64,000 nt of DNA from an uncultured Candidatus Saccharibacteria bacterium (lineage in GTDB: Bacteria; Patescibacteriota; Minisyncoccia; UBA6257; 2-01-FULL-56-20): contig CAYHZA010000001.1 of assembly GCA_964361095.1 (NCBI GenBank), forward strand, positions 1,456 to 65,455. Reading direction: 5' to 3'. Positions 28,467-37,831 of this stretch are shown here, piece after piece. The notes under the pieces are model-generated. The model was given only the letters and a program-made list of their open reading frames with translations. It ran no database searches and had not been told where the DNA came from. Every line of letters begins with the position of its first letter. Within the stretch, counting starts at the first letter, position 1. The position numbers and the translations under genes were made by a program.

Positions 28467-28931
28467 ATGATTATTTATCTCGGAGCGGATCACCGCGGTT
28501 TTGCCTTTAAAGAAGAGCTGAAGAAGATGTTGCATGCCGGAGGATATGAGGTGGTAGATAAAGGGAATGCCGTATCCGATGAAAAAGACGACTATCCGGA
28601 CTTCGCCGCCGCGGTGGCGCGAGAAGTAAGCCAAACCCCGAAAGAATCAAAGGGTATTTTGGTGTGTGGATCAGGCGCGGGAATGGATATGGTTGCGAAT
28701 AAATTTCCGCGGGTTCGTTCCGTACTTGCAATTTCAAAGGATCAAGTGCGTAAAGCGTGCAATGATGATGATGCGAATGTGCTAACGCTCGCGGCCGATG
28801 TGTTTTCTGCGCCGGATGCGGAAGATATGGTCCGTATTTTTCTTGAAACTAATTACGCGGGAGAGGAGCGGCACGAACGGCGGCTCGAAAAGCTTTTTAA
28901 AATCGAAGACGAACTTTATAAAAATTATTAA
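28467..28931 (+). CDS. rpiB: Ribose-5-phosphate isomerase B
   Basis: GADHRG, DDYPD, CGSGAGM, RHERR. Confidence 0.93.
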   Translation: MIIYLGADHRGFAFKEELKKMLHAGGYEVVDKGNAVSDEKDDYPDFAAAVAREVSQTPKESKGILVCGSGAGMDMVANKFPRVRSVLAISKDQVRKACNDDDANVLTLAADVFSAPDAEDMVRIFLETNYAGEERHERRLEKLFKIEDELYKNY

Positions 28932-28934
28932 GCC

Positions 28935-29612
28935 ATGGAAGTTACCCCGGCCATTAACTGTTTAGATTTTGAGTGCGTGAAGCAAAAAATAAATCTCGCG
29001 CAGAATTTTCTTCCCGCGAACGGGTGGATCCATATTGATGTTACGGACGCGCGTTTTACATTCAATAAAACATGGGGAAACCCCGAGGAGTTTAAGGCTT
29101 TGCAAGCGACGGCGGGCGGTTTGCACTTTGAGATTCATCTCATGGTTGAAGAGCCGGAAAAAGTAATCGATCAATGGCTCGAAGCCGGCGCTCGGAGAGT
29201 TATTGTTCATTTTGAGGCAATTACGCAGAACGTAAAAACACTTTCCGACTACCATAGCACTATTGATACGATCATTGAGAGTTGTAAAAAATATAATGCC
29301 AAAGTGATGCTCGCGATAAATCCCGAAACGCCGATTGATGACATGATGCCCTACGCGAAAAAGTTTTCTTGTTTTCTTATGTTGGCCGTGCATCCCGGGC
29401 TTGCCGGACAGAATTTTTTACCGGCTGTTCTTGCGAAAATAAAATCGTTGCGGGAAAAATTGCCGGATGCTAAAATTGAAGTAGACGGAGGAATTACTTT
29501 GGAAACTGCCCGCGCGGCGAAAGATGCCGGTGCCGATATTGTCGTATCCGCGTCCTATATTTTAGGAAGCGGGAATCCCAAGGCCGCGTATGATTCTTTA
29601 AGCACGCTTTAA
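28935..29612 (+). CDS. rpe: Ribulose-phosphate 3-epimerase
   Basis: HIDVTD, EIHLMV, AVHPGLAGQ, EVDGGI. Confidence 0.93.
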   Translation: MEVTPAINCLDFECVKQKINLAQNFLPANGWIHIDVTDARFTFNKTWGNPEEFKALQATAGGLHFEIHLMVEEPEKVIDQWLEAGARRVIVHFEAITQNVKTLSDYHSTIDTIIESCKKYNAKVMLAINPETPIDDMMPYAKKFSCFLMLAVHPGLAGQNFLPAVLAKIKSLREKLPDAKIEVDGGITLETARAAKDAGADIVVSASYILGSGNPKAAYDSLSTL

Positions 29613-29621
29613 ATTTTAAAA

Positions 29622-30482
29622 ATGGAGGGTTTGCACGATAAAAAATTAAAATTCTTAGAGGAGATGTCGAATGTCTTGCGTCAAGACGTGATAAAAACAC
29701 TCGTCGAGGCGGGGAGCGGACACTCGGCGGGTCCCTTGGGTATGGCGGACATCTTTACGACGCTTTATTTCCATATTTTAAATCACGATCCGAAGAAACC
29801 GGAGTGGCCGGATCGGGATCGCGTGGTTCTCTCGAATGGGCATATTTGCCCGATTTTATACGTTACGCTTGCCCACGCTGGCTATTTCAAGCTCGAAGAG
29901 TTAAAGACGCTCCGTAAGCTCAATTCTCGTCTCCAGGGCCATCCGCACCGTAAATCATTGCCGGGAGTTGAAACCACGTCCGGCCCTTTGGGTTCGGGGA
30001 TTTCGCAGGCGATCGGTATCGCGCTCGCGGCAAAGCTTGACGGCAAGCGGTATCGCACCTATTGTCTGACGTCCGACGGCGAACACGAGGAGGGAAATAC
30101 ATGGGAGGCGATAATGTTTGCGGGAAAAAACAGATTAAGCAATCTTACGGTTGTCGTGGATCGCAATAACATTCAAATCGACGGTTTTACCGAAACGATA
30201 ATGCCCCTTGAGCCGTTTGCCGAAAAGTACAAATCTTTCAACTGGTATGTGATTGAAGTGAACGGCCACAGCCATCAGGATTTTGTGGATGCTGTTGCCG
30301 AAGCGCACGCGATTCATGAACGCCCGACGGTAATTATCGCGCATACGATTCCCGGAAAAGGGGTGAGTTTTATGGAAGATGACTTTCGCTGGCATGGTAA
30401 ACCACCAAACAAAGAAGAAGCTAATAAGGCATTAAAAGAGCTAAGAACTTTAGGTGATCGCATCGCCAGCGAACATCAATAA
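29622..30482 (+). CDS. tktA: Transketolase, N-terminal (TPP-binding) subunit
   Basis: SGHSAG, DRVVLSNGH, LQGHP, SDGEHEEG..WEA, WHGKPP. Confidence 0.95.
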   Translation: MEGLHDKKLKFLEEMSNVLRQDVIKTLVEAGSGHSAGPLGMADIFTTLYFHILNHDPKKPEWPDRDRVVLSNGHICPILYVTLAHAGYFKLEELKTLRKLNSRLQGHPHRKSLPGVETTSGPLGSGISQAIGIALAAKLDGKRYRTYCLTSDGEHEEGNTWEAIMFAGKNRLSNLTVVVDRNNIQIDGFTETIMPLEPFAEKYKSFNWYVIEVNGHSHQDFVDAVAEAHAIHERPTVIIAHTIPGKGVSFMEDDFRWHGKPPNKEEANKALKELRTLGDRIASEHQ

Positions 30483-30490
30483 GTGGCACG

Positions 30491-30781
30491 CCCCCACACC
30501 TAACGAGTTTTATGTTCTACATCTATATGTTAAAGAGCAAAAAGGATAATATGTTATATGTAGGTTCTACTGGTGATCTACGAGAAAGGTTTGCTTTGCA
30601 TAATGCAGGGAAAATAGTTTCTACCAAAGGTCGCCGCCCGTTTGAACTGGTTTATTATGAAGCTTATCGCGCCGAGGATGATGCCCGTACACGCGAGCAT
30701 AACCTAAAGCTTCGTTCTAATGCCCTAAACCAGTTGAAACGCAGATTGAAGAAAAGTCTCGAAACTCGTTAGGTGTGGGGG
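30491..30781 (+). mobile_element. 291-bp element: 20-bp perfect terminal inverted repeats around a GIY-YIG gene, with CACG flanking duplication
   Basis: CACG|CCCCCACACCTAACGAGTTT ... AAACTCGTTAGGTGTGGGGG|CACG; removing it restores K-W-H-G-K-P-P. Confidence 0.85.
30512..30772 (+). CDS. Small GIY-YIG nuclease family protein
   Basis: FYIYML..LYVGST.DLRERFALHN...TKGRRPFELVYYE...ARTRE. Confidence 0.93.
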   Translation: MFYIYMLKSKKDNMLYVGSTGDLRERFALHNAGKIVSTKGRRPFELVYYEAYRAEDDARTREHNLKLRSNALNQLKRRLKKSLETR

Positions 30782-30875
30782 CACGGGAAACCGCCGAAGC
30801 CGGACGAAGCACGGATTGCACTTAAGGAACTGCGGACATTAGGGGAGAGGATAAAGAGCGAACACCAATAAAGAT

Positions 30876-31541
30876 ATGAAAACAGAAAAAACCAACTACA
30901 TCATTCTTCTTATACTCGTCTTAGTGACGGCGATTGGCGTTGCGGCATACATAACACAAGCACGGAGGATATATAAACTTCCGGATGCAAGCCAGTTATC
31001 TATCGCCCACCGTGGCAACGGCACCAGTATTGATGTTAGCACTTGGAAAACGTATCGGAATGAGCAGTATGGGTTTGAGTTCAGATATCCAGATGGATTG
31101 CAGATTGAGGAGTATAAAAATGGGTTTGAATATAGTGTTTACGCAATATGGTTTAAAAACATAAATGTACGGATTGGAGTTTCAAATGCTGCCTCGCGAG
31201 AAAGTTATAATACTCGATGCGAGAGCGACGACACGGGAATGTGCATTGGATTTGAGTTTCTTAGATGCGAAAGTCAGCAGGATGTTTTGTGCAGTGAGTA
31301 TTCCTATGTACCCATTGGAGGGTTTTGGCAAAAGAAGGCCTCTATCTACAATCAGGATCAATCATTGCGAGGAGAATTTGAAGTTGACTTTAGTTTTGAT
31401 GGTCGAGTTATATCGCCAGCCGTTGTTCTAACCGACGAGATAGTCTTTGATTCAGTAGCTAGCGGTCAAATTGATAAACGCAATGAAAAAAACTTGAGAA
31501 TTTTTGAAGAGATTCTTTCCACTTTCAAATTCATAAGATAA
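30876..31541 (+). CDS. Membrane-anchored hypothetical protein (PsbP-like motif)
   Basis: N-terminal TM; WKTYRNEQYGFEFRYP; ends ILSTFKF. Confidence 0.7.
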   Translation: MKTEKTNYIILLILVLVTAIGVAAYITQARRIYKLPDASQLSIAHRGNGTSIDVSTWKTYRNEQYGFEFRYPDGLQIEEYKNGFEYSVYAIWFKNINVRIGVSNAASRESYNTRCESDDTGMCIGFEFLRCESQQDVLCSEYSYVPIGGFWQKKASIYNQDQSLRGEFEVDFSFDGRVISPAVVLTDEIVFDSVASGQIDKRNEKNLRIFEEILSTFKFIR

Positions 31542-32533
31542 TGTTGAACCCTGATCTAAAATTATCCGAAAAAATCTTCGAGTCCGATATCGAACAAAAG
31601 CCGACCCGTGATGGGTATGGCGATGGATTAGTGATCGCGGGTGAAAAAAACAAAAATGTCGTGGTGCTCTGCGCGGACTTGACCGAATCCACGCGTTCCG
31701 AGGGGTTTGCGAAGAAATTCCCGGACCGGTTTTTTGAGGTGGGCGTGGCGGAACAAAATATGGCGACGATCGCTGCGGGCTTGGGCATCTCGGGCAAAAT
31801 TCCTTTTATTTCTTCCTACGCCACCTTTTCTCCGGGCAGAAATTGGGAGCAGATCCGCACGACGATTTCCTATAACGACTCGAATGTAAAAATCGCGGGG
31901 CACCATTCGGGAATTTCGGTGGGTCCCGATGGCGCGACGCACCAAGCAATAGAAGATATCGCGACCATGCGCGTGATGGCGAATATGAAGGTATGGGTGC
32001 CGTGTGATGCGATAGAGGCAAAAAAGGCGACCATTGCCGCCACAAAAATTTGGGGGCCGATCTATATCCGCTTCGCGCGCGAGAAGACGCCGATTATGAC
32101 GACGGAGAAAACTCCTTATGTGCCGGGTAAAGCCGAAATTTTTTGGATGCCCAAAGGCAGAGCGCAAGCAGTCATAATCGGCTGCGGTCCGCTTCTTTAT
32201 AACGCGCTTCTTGCCGCGCGGGATTTGGAAAAAGTTAAGATTAACGTTATTGTTTTGAATTCACACACCATAAAACCATTGGATGAGCATAAAATTATCG
32301 AACTCGCCAAAAAAACCGGCGCGGTGGTGACGGTCGAGGAGCATCAAATTGCGGGCGGTTTGGGCGGTGCCGTCGCGGAAGTATTGGCGAAACACGCGCC
32401 CACGCCCATGGAATTTATCGGTATGCAGGGAGTTTTTGGAGAATCCGGCGCGCCGAACGAATTAATAGAAAAATACGGGATGGGAGTGAAGAGCATCAAG
32501 TTCGCGGTGAAGAGGGTTCTGAGGAGGAAGTAA
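31541..32533 (+). CDS. tktB: Transketolase, C-terminal subunit
   Basis: ADLTEST, VGVAEQNM, GPDGATHQ, TVEEH. Confidence 0.95.
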   Translation: MLNPDLKLSEKIFESDIEQKPTRDGYGDGLVIAGEKNKNVVVLCADLTESTRSEGFAKKFPDRFFEVGVAEQNMATIAAGLGISGKIPFISSYATFSPGRNWEQIRTTISYNDSNVKIAGHHSGISVGPDGATHQAIEDIATMRVMANMKVWVPCDAIEAKKATIAATKIWGPIYIRFAREKTPIMTTEKTPYVPGKAEIFWMPKGRAQAVIIGCGPLLYNALLAARDLEKVKINVIVLNSHTIKPLDEHKIIELAKKTGAVVTVEEHQIAGGLGGAVAEVLAKHAPTPMEFIGMQGVFGESGAPNELIEKYGMGVKSIKFAVKRVLRRK

Positions 32534-32561
32534 TACGATTTGTTATACTTAGGGAAAGCTC

Positions 32562-33593
32562 ATGAACCAGGATTTGATTAATTACGTAAGGCAGGCTCGA
32601 TCGGAGGGCATGTCGGATGATGCTATACGATCCGCATTGCTGGGGGCAGGCTGGGATTCTGTAGAAGTTAACTCTGTGATTGCCGGCATTGTACCCCAGT
32701 CGATCAGTCCGATTATGGGATCTTCTCCGGCACAGTCCCATTCTTCTGCGGTGCAGGCAGGTAGCGCAACTATTAATCAGGAAGATTTTATACGGCGATG
32801 GTCTTGGGGCGGTTTTCTTTTATACTTTTTATATTTTCTCGGGAGCCGAAATTACAAAAGAGCGTTTCTCTATTTTCTTGGTGCCACCGTTCCTTTTCTG
32901 GGTATATACCTCTGGATTAAATCTGGTCTTCGTGGTCGCAAGTTAGTTTGGGGAAGCGGAAAATGGCAAGATTTTGAATCTTACAGAAGGAGACAAGTTC
33001 TCTTGGATCGGATCGGTTTAGTACTTTTAGTATTGTCTCTTCTGGGTATTGCGGCGGGAGTATTTGGCATGTTTAGTTTGGAAGGAAATAAAAGCTCTAC
33101 CGCAATAGAATTTTCAGCTCCGTCTTCCACGGTACAAGAGCAAAATATTCAACCACAACCGGCTGTTGCAACAGCACAGAATTGTGGTTCTCTTGATTCT
33201 GACCGTACTGGTCTTCTTGTATTTGAGTCTCTCGCCAAGGCAACTCCTGCAGAGAAAAAAATTGTTGACTGCATGGACACGGCCGTCAAAAGTTGTAACA
33301 TTGCCTATCTTACAATCACTAAAGGTGGGCAGGAAATTGAAAGGGTTGAGATTCAAGGGAAAGAAAGTGATGCCTGCGTTATCACGCAAAAACTTTCTAC
33401 GGAAAAGATAAAAGGAACGGTTACGTGCAAGGTTTCATCCGCTGTTATTGCGAAGATTGTTACGAAGGCAGAACAGCAGAACGCTAGCTTATCTTTAAAC
33501 TTGGCGGGCGCAATGGAATTTGAACAAGCGAAAGGGACACCCGGTTTATCAATTACCGGAGGAGAGGAATTGAATTGTACAAAAACTCAATAA
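32562..33593 (+). CDS. Hypothetical membrane protein
   Basis: N-terminal LINYVRQ..IRSALLGAGW domain, WSWGGF, TMs, Cys-containing ectodomain. Confidence 0.7.
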   Translation: MNQDLINYVRQARSEGMSDDAIRSALLGAGWDSVEVNSVIAGIVPQSISPIMGSSPAQSHSSAVQAGSATINQEDFIRRWSWGGFLLYFLYFLGSRNYKRAFLYFLGATVPFLGIYLWIKSGLRGRKLVWGSGKWQDFESYRRRQVLLDRIGLVLLVLSLLGIAAGVFGMFSLEGNKSSTAIEFSAPSSTVQEQNIQPQPAVATAQNCGSLDSDRTGLLVFESLAKATPAEKKIVDCMDTAVKSCNIAYLTITKGGQEIERVEIQGKESDACVITQKLSTEKIKGTVTCKVSSAVIAKIVTKAEQQNASLSLNLAGAMEFEQAKGTPGLSITGGEELNCTKTQ

Positions 33594-33596
33594 AAA

Positions 33597-34223
33597 ATGG
33601 ACGAAACATCCAAGGTTATAAATCAAGACGAAAAAGTGATTTGGGAGGGTCAGCCGCAGTTTGCTCCCTATGCCCTGAGTGTTGTTCCAGCTGTTATTAT
33701 TGGCTTGATCTGGAGCACGGCTATTTCTTTTATAGGTTATATTTTTATGACGCACGGCGCTCCGGGAATGTTTGCGCTTTTCTTTGCGCCTTTTATCTTG
33801 ATAGGTCTTTATATGTTGATTGGAGCACCGTTGATTGCGTTTTTAACATATAAATATATCTGGTATGTTATTACTGATAAGCGAGTTATTCTCCAGCGAG
33901 GATTGATAGGTAGGGATTTCGATTTCGTAGATTACGACAAGGTTGAAAGTGCTGGCGTGGATGTGGGAGTAATTGATAAGGTTGCTGGGAAAAATTCTGG
34001 AAGTATAAGAATTTATGCCAATCGATTAGTATATGTAGCAGGAAGCAGGGATCGTTCCGGAGGTACACAGAATGTGCCATTTACTCTCTCGCATATTACC
34101 GATCCCTACGGCGTTTTTGAGCTTTTCAAAAAAGTTTCCTTTGACGTAAAGGCAGATATCAACTTTCCAAACCAAATGCGGCCGCCGGGGAATAAAGGAT
34201 ACAACACGGAGTATAAGGGATAG
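33597..34223 (+). CDS. Bacterial PH-domain membrane protein
   Basis: EKVIWEGQP, two TMs, YVITDKRVI. Confidence 0.75.
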   Translation: MDETSKVINQDEKVIWEGQPQFAPYALSVVPAVIIGLIWSTAISFIGYIFMTHGAPGMFALFFAPFILIGLYMLIGAPLIAFLTYKYIWYVITDKRVILQRGLIGRDFDFVDYDKVESAGVDVGVIDKVAGKNSGSIRIYANRLVYVAGSRDRSGGTQNVPFTLSHITDPYGVFELFKKVSFDVKADINFPNQMRPPGNKGYNTEYKG

Positions 34224-34227
34224 ATAA

Positions 34228-34560
34228 ATGAAAAACTTTTTCTTTGGCACCTCTAGTTTTTTAGGAATTGCGAGTCAGGCCCTTGCGCAGGGCAAATGTA
34301 TGTTAAACGGCAAGGAAGTCCCTTGCGGAGAATTAGGGAAAACAGTCAGCGGATTTTTGGGGGTGGGCTTTGCGGTAATTGGCGCGCTCGTTATTTTGGG
34401 AGTTGTGGCGCTGGTTTTTTGGATCATGATGCTTGTCCATGCCATCTCGAAGCCGATCGATCAAAAGCCGCTCTGGATCATTGTTTTGCTTCTTTTCGGA
34501 ATCGTTGGCGCGATTATCTATTATTTTGCCGTCAAAAAAAATTTTACTAATCGAGCTTAA
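34228..34560 (+). CDS. PLDc N-terminal-like small membrane protein
   Basis: FWIMMLVH...KPLWIIVLLLFGIVGAIIYYF. Confidence 0.7.
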   Translation: MKNFFFGTSSFLGIASQALAQGKCMLNGKEVPCGELGKTVSGFLGVGFAVIGALVILGVVALVFWIMMLVHAISKPIDQKPLWIIVLLLFGIVGAIIYYFAVKKNFTNRA

Positions 34561-34616
34561 TTTAGGGGTCTACTCGACACATTTTTTTGCCCTAAAGCGT
34601 GGTATAATTTGCAAGT

Positions 34617-35636
34617 ATGTATGATATTGTCACCATCGGCGCCGCGACACGGGATATTTTTTTAAAAAGCCCGCTTTTTAAGATCGTCCACGATCCCAAA
34701 CATTTGGAAAAGCTCGGTTTTCCAACGGGTGAGGCGCAGTGCTTCGCGCTCGGAGGAAAAATTGAAGTAGGTCAACCGATTGAAACGATTGGCGGCGGCG
34801 CGGCAAACGCCGCGGTAACATTCAGCCGGCAGGGATTTAAAGTTGCGACGCTTGTAAAAATCGCGCGCGACAGAAACGGCGAGGCAGTGATGGATAATTG
34901 CAAAAAAGAGAATGTCGCGCTTCTGCCTCTTTTTGATAAAAAAGTCGGGACCGCCTATTCCGTTATTCTTCTCTCGTCATCCGGAGAACGAACGATATTG
35001 AACTTTCGTGGGGCCTCCGAGGATATAAAGCAGAGCGAAGTGCCGTTCGCTCAACTCAAAGCTCGTTGGGCCTACATTTCAACGGGCAAGATTCATCTGC
35101 CGGTTATGAAATCGATCATCACGCATTTGAGAAAGAACAACGTGAAGATCGCGATGAATCTCTCGCGGTATTATCTGAATATGGGACTCAAGGCATTGCG
35201 ACCGATCCTTTCCGAACTTGATGTAATTCTCTTGAATCGTGAGGAGGCGGCATATCTTATGGGATGCAAGTACGAGGAAGAAGAAAAAATTTTCAAAAAG
35301 TTTGACGAGGTGGTCAAAGGCATCGCGGTTATGACTGATGGTCCCTTAGGGGTTTTGGTTTCGGACGGGCGTACGATATATCACGCGGGGATTTTTAAGG
35401 AGAAAAAGATCGAAGATCGGACGGGCGCCGGAGACGCGTTCGGCTCAGGATTTGTCACGGCATTGATCGGCGCGGGAAAGATTGACGAGAAAAGCATACG
35501 GGAGGCGATTCGCGTCGGGTCCGCGAACGCGACATCGGTTGTCGAATATATCGGCGCCACACAGGGAGTGCTTCGGAAAAAGGACATAAAAAATCCTCGC
35601 TGGAAGAAGCTTTCGATTAAAATTCGGACCATATAG
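34617..35636 (+). CDS. PfkB-family carbohydrate kinase
   Basis: GGGAANAAV, LNREEA, DRTGAGDAFGSG. Confidence 0.92.
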   Translation: MYDIVTIGAATRDIFLKSPLFKIVHDPKHLEKLGFPTGEAQCFALGGKIEVGQPIETIGGGAANAAVTFSRQGFKVATLVKIARDRNGEAVMDNCKKENVALLPLFDKKVGTAYSVILLSSSGERTILNFRGASEDIKQSEVPFAQLKARWAYISTGKIHLPVMKSIITHLRKNNVKIAMNLSRYYLNMGLKALRPILSELDVILLNREEAAYLMGCKYEEEEKIFKKFDEVVKGIAVMTDGPLGVLVSDGRTIYHAGIFKEKKIEDRTGAGDAFGSGFVTALIGAGKIDEKSIREAIRVGSANATSVVEYIGATQGVLRKKDIKNPRWKKLSIKIRTI

Positions 35637-36908
35637 ATGGACACGTACGATTATCTCGGGAAAGTGCTTGGCGTTGAGAAGAGTCAACTTGAGCGACTTG
35701 ACTCGGTGATGGCCGAGCGAACGGGGCGTGCGGACATTTTAGAGAAAGTGCGAAAAGAAAATGAAGATCGGATTTCCACTACGCTCGCGCTTCTTGGTGC
35801 AACGCAAAAATCGGCATCCCATGTACGTGAAGTCTTAAAAAATGCGGTTCTCGCGCATGAAGCACAGCTTCTTAGTTTTTTGACGATTATCGAGGGTCAG
35901 AACCAGTTCGAGAAGGCCGCGAAGTTGGCGAAGAAGATTGCCAAGTCGAGCCCGGGATTTTTCTTGAAGAGGCAGTACGCCGAAGAAATTTTACGGAAGC
36001 GTCGCCCCGAAAATCTTTTGAAGTATCTTGGATACGCGAACGTGGACGAGCTTTTCGAAAAGAATGACGTTTTGGAGGCGTTTAGCGCTTTGCGATTCGT
36101 GGAATCCGACGAGTGGATGCACCAGACATTCGAAGAGGCTTACAGCGCATTTACGCCTGCGGATTTTGAGGAACGAGAGATTGAGATCAAGGTATTGGGT
36201 TCCGAGTGGCATGAGATTGCCGCGAAATTTGTCGCGAAGAAGCATCATAACGTAAGTCATCTTAAGGAATTCGGAGTCATTTTCATAAATCCTATCCAAG
36301 AAGACGTGCAGGGGAAATTCTTAAGGGACTTCGCGCTTCTCCTCCATTATTTCCACGAGGTAGAATTCTATTCGAAGCTCTTTAAGAAATACTCGTGGGG
36401 CAGTGATTTTGCGGTGAGACTTAAGGCGCTTCTTCGCGGCGATGTGAAGGAAGTCAGTTTGGTTGGTGACGGCTCGCCCTCCCAAGTTTCGCAGAGCGAA
36501 ACTTGGGAGGGTAAATGGCTTATTGTTCAGAGGTATCTTTTTAAAGAAAACCCAAGCGACCCGCGGCTTTTTCTCCCGCGCGTGAATCCGGAATCAATGC
36601 ATTGGCTCCGCGGCGAGCGTGATCTGGCGCTCTTTAGCGGAGCGGGAGAAAAGCTAGATATGAAGTTGTGGCATAACTTGGACTGGGTAGGCGGGCTTTT
36701 TGACGGCGAAAAGGATGAAATAGTGAGTTTCGATTTGGAAGATAACGCGATGGCGGCAGTTTCTTTTATAGAAAACAAAAATGAATTTTTTACCTATCAT
36801 CAACGGGAGGCTCTCTGGACGAAGATTTTTATGGAGTACGTGGGCGGAGAGGAAGAGATGGAGCGTCTGCTTATTGAGAATTTTGATAAGGGCGTGATTA
36901 AGTTTTAA
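35637..36908 (+). CDS. Conserved-looking hypothetical protein in the sugar-phosphate operon
   Basis: 423-aa ORF abutting pfkB and fba; HHNVSHLKE and HYFHE motifs. Confidence 0.8.
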   Translation: MDTYDYLGKVLGVEKSQLERLDSVMAERTGRADILEKVRKENEDRISTTLALLGATQKSASHVREVLKNAVLAHEAQLLSFLTIIEGQNQFEKAAKLAKKIAKSSPGFFLKRQYAEEILRKRRPENLLKYLGYANVDELFEKNDVLEAFSALRFVESDEWMHQTFEEAYSAFTPADFEEREIEIKVLGSEWHEIAAKFVAKKHHNVSHLKEFGVIFINPIQEDVQGKFLRDFALLLHYFHEVEFYSKLFKKYSWGSDFAVRLKALLRGDVKEVSLVGDGSPSQVSQSETWEGKWLIVQRYLFKENPSDPRLFLPRVNPESMHWLRGERDLALFSGAGEKLDMKLWHNLDWVGGLFDGEKDEIVSFDLEDNAMAAVSFIENKNEFFTYHQREALWTKIFMEYVGGEEEMERLLIENFDKGVIKF

Positions 36909-36937
36909 AGGGGTGGTAGAATTTCTACATTAAAAAC

Positions 36938-37831
36938 ATGAAAACACTTCGGGAAATCTTTAAAGAGGCAGAAGACATGGGTAGAGCTGTTGGGCACTTC
37001 AATATTTCCGACTCTGTTGCCTTGCGGGCTATTTTTGAATCCGCGAGAGAGTTGAATGTGCCGATCTTAATCGGAGCCTCCGAAGGCGAACGTGATTTTT
37101 TGGGAGTGCGGCAAACAGTGGCGCTTGTAAAAAGTCTTCGCGAAGAATATGACTACCCGATTTTTTTGAATGCCGATCATACGCATTCTGTGGAAAAAAT
37201 AAAGGAAGCGGTAGAAGCGGGATTTGATGCCGTGCTTTTTGACGGCTCGAAGCTTCCCTTTGAAGAGAACGTGCGGCTTACGAAAGAGGTCGTGCAACTT
37301 GCGAAGAGCTTGAATCCCGATGTTGTCGTTGAAGGGGAACTTGGATATATAGGTTCTTCTTCGGCAATTTTGAAAGAAATTCCGGAGGGAGCCGCGATGA
37401 AACCTGAGGATCTTACGAGTCCCGAGCAATCGGCGATATTTATAAAAGAAACAGGAATCGATCTTTTCGCTCCCGCGGTCGGGAATTTGCACGGAATGCT
37501 TGTCCGCCAAAGCACAAGCGGCGGCGGATTCGAGACGATAAATCCGCGTCTCGACATAAACCGGATTTCGGAAATTAAAAAAGTGGTCGGCATCCCTTTG
37601 GTGCTTCACGGAGGGTCGGGGATTGTTGATGAGGATTTTGTCGCGGCAATAAAGGCGGGTATTACGATTATTCATATTAATACCGAAATTCGCCTTGCGT
37701 GGCGAAAAGGAATAGAGGAAGGATTGAAAAATAATCCCGATGAAGTTGCGCCCTACAAAATTTATCCGCCGGCTCTTGAGGGAATAAAGCGTGTCGTGCG
37801 CGAGCGTCTGCGCTTATTCAGCGGCTCCTGA
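36938..37831 (+). CDS. fba: Class II fructose-bisphosphate aldolase
   Basis: LNADH, FDGS, VEGELG, GNLHG, LVLHGGSG, INTE. Confidence 0.95.
   Translation: MKTLREIFKEAEDMGRAVGHFNISDSVALRAIFESARELNVPILIGASEGERDFLGVRQTVALVKSLREEYDYPIFLNADHTHSVEKIKEAVEAGFDAVLFDGSKLPFEENVRLTKEVVQLAKSLNPDVVVEGELGYIGSSSAILKEIPEGAAMKPEDLTSPEQSAIFIKETGIDLFAPAVGNLHGMLVRQSTSGGGFETINPRLDINRISEIKKVVGIPLVLHGGSGIVDEDFVAAIKAGITIIHINTEIRLAWRKGIEEGLKNNPDEVAPYKIYPPALEGIKRVVRERLRLFSGS

Larger units (their letters stand above)
30481..30871 (+). pseudogene. Displaced second copy of the transketolase 3' end, interrupted by the GIY-YIG element
   Basis: KWH|GKPPKPDEARIALKELRTLGERIKSEHQ* versus the functional RWHGKPPNKEEANKALKELRTLGDRIASEHQ*. 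Confidence 0.85.
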
